Shown here in pieces: positions 62,733 to 64,000 of a stretch of 64,000 nucleotides of DNA (position 1 is the first letter of the stretch; every line of letters begins with the position of its first letter). A program made the translations under genes and the position numbers. The notes beneath the pieces were generated by a model that was not told the origin of the DNA, made no database searches, and saw nothing but the letters and a program-made list of their open reading frames with translations. This DNA is from Phoronis australis (taxonomy: Eukaryota; Animalia; Phoronida). The DNA lies in assembly GCA_002633005.1 (NCBI GenBank), contig NMRA01000054.1:1-64000 (forward strand), given 5' to 3'.

Positions 62733-64000
62733 AAATTTGTGTTTAGAGGAGTTTTGAGCTTAGGTCTCAGAATTTGCAAGCGTACACGCTAAGCCACGAC
62801 ACACACACTTCAAACAGAGTTGAGTATTTGCAAACCAAATTTGGTAGAGTTTACCAGTGTGTACGCCCACACCTTTCTACTACTAACAATCGAACTAGAT
62901 TTTCCGGATAATAAAAAAGTTACATCACACGTCTTGTTTTTTGCACATATCAGGCTCCCAGCTTGCTAATGAACTTACAGTGTTCCTAAGAAGTCTCGTT
63001 TTTTGTAGATTGTGATTTCCTTTGGCTCTGCTCAGTCACTGTCACTGCCATTTTGTGAGGTACGTATACAACTTTCTACTCCATTCTCATCTCTGAGGTT
63101 TTATATTTGGAATCTTACAATGCAGTTTTGGGGGCATCCGAAACTGATAATTTCGTAGCGTCAACTTTTCATGAGAGGCGTTTATCTACACATTCTGTGA
63201 ACTTCAATCATACGTTAAAGAGTGGTACTAGAACTGAAAGTCGCACTTGCGCAACTACATGTATGAACCACCTCCGAAGGAAACTTTGAGGTTACAAAAA
63301 TGACTCAGTGGGCTTTTTCTCTTGTCATTTGGCTAAAAATCAGTCTACCGATGACTTAGCCTGTTCATGGAAACCAAGGTCAAGTCAGAAAGTCTGACTA
63401 TAACTCAGGCCAAAAGACAGAAATCCGCAGCCTGCTGTGAAACAGACTAAAAGCCAAAGTGAGGTGACAAAATGACTTTTGATTACAGATTCTTCCAAAA
63501 AACAAGTCCCTAGACCCTCTGTTTCGTGTAAAGTGACTCTAGAATCTAAGACCAAACTTCTGACATTTAAGTGAGAAAATTGGTATTATAGTGTAGAAAA
63601 GGGTTTTCTAGAAATTCTTGGTAGTACACGTTTTTTAGTTGTTTCATGTCTAAGTGCCCCTCCTGGAGCTTTTTACCTGTGTAATCTTGGAAACCTCGAT
63701 CATTTTTTAACTATGCAAACTATGTCCGCCATCATGCAAAATTCTGTTTTTGCTTATAATTTCCATAGCAACCATTGCAGATAGATTGGTTTGATGATCA
63801 TTACATCATGCATTTGCATTATTCATGTGCATTTTGGGGACTAAGAGTAGTTTGATTTATCTTCTTGGTTACATGAATCTGCATGGTAATTTCATTAAGA
63901 TTTAGAAAATAGTTGCGCGAAGCTTGGATGTCCTCGTCTTTTATTTATTTCACATTTGATAACAAGTTCTCATTTGATAGGATTTAATTTTTTACATAAC

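Overview
AT-rich animal genomic DNA, probably from an invertebrate (spliceosomal introns, TTAGGG repeats, animal transposon families), with single N gaps at 659 and 37753. Three host genes can be modelled by eye. (1) A 7-exon + strand gene (8790-18998, 507 aa) encoding an unrecognised protein with a signal peptide, one transmembrane helix and a C-terminal coiled coil. (2) A convergent - strand gene known mainly from a 1.3 kb terminal exon (21748-20426). (3) An intact 3-exon, Met-rich intracellular globin (46535-49418) with the ancestral B12.2/G7.0 introns. The rest is mostly repeats. An internally deleted Gmr1-type Gypsy LTR element sits in an interstitial TTAGGG array between two related 10-bp satellites. 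Also present are CR1/L2 and LOA-like LINE fragments, an Ngaro-like SGNH fragment, two THAP-bearing Kolobok-like elements, a Sola3-like relic, Harbinger relics and MITEs. A two-copy ~850-bp element combines a tRNA-like box A/B unit with a 164-bp strand-asymmetric hairpin. No clearly new multi-gene system could be demonstrated; the best leads are the hairpin element, the globin and the satellite/telomere/LTR block. All identifications come from recalled motifs and manual alignment; no database search was run.
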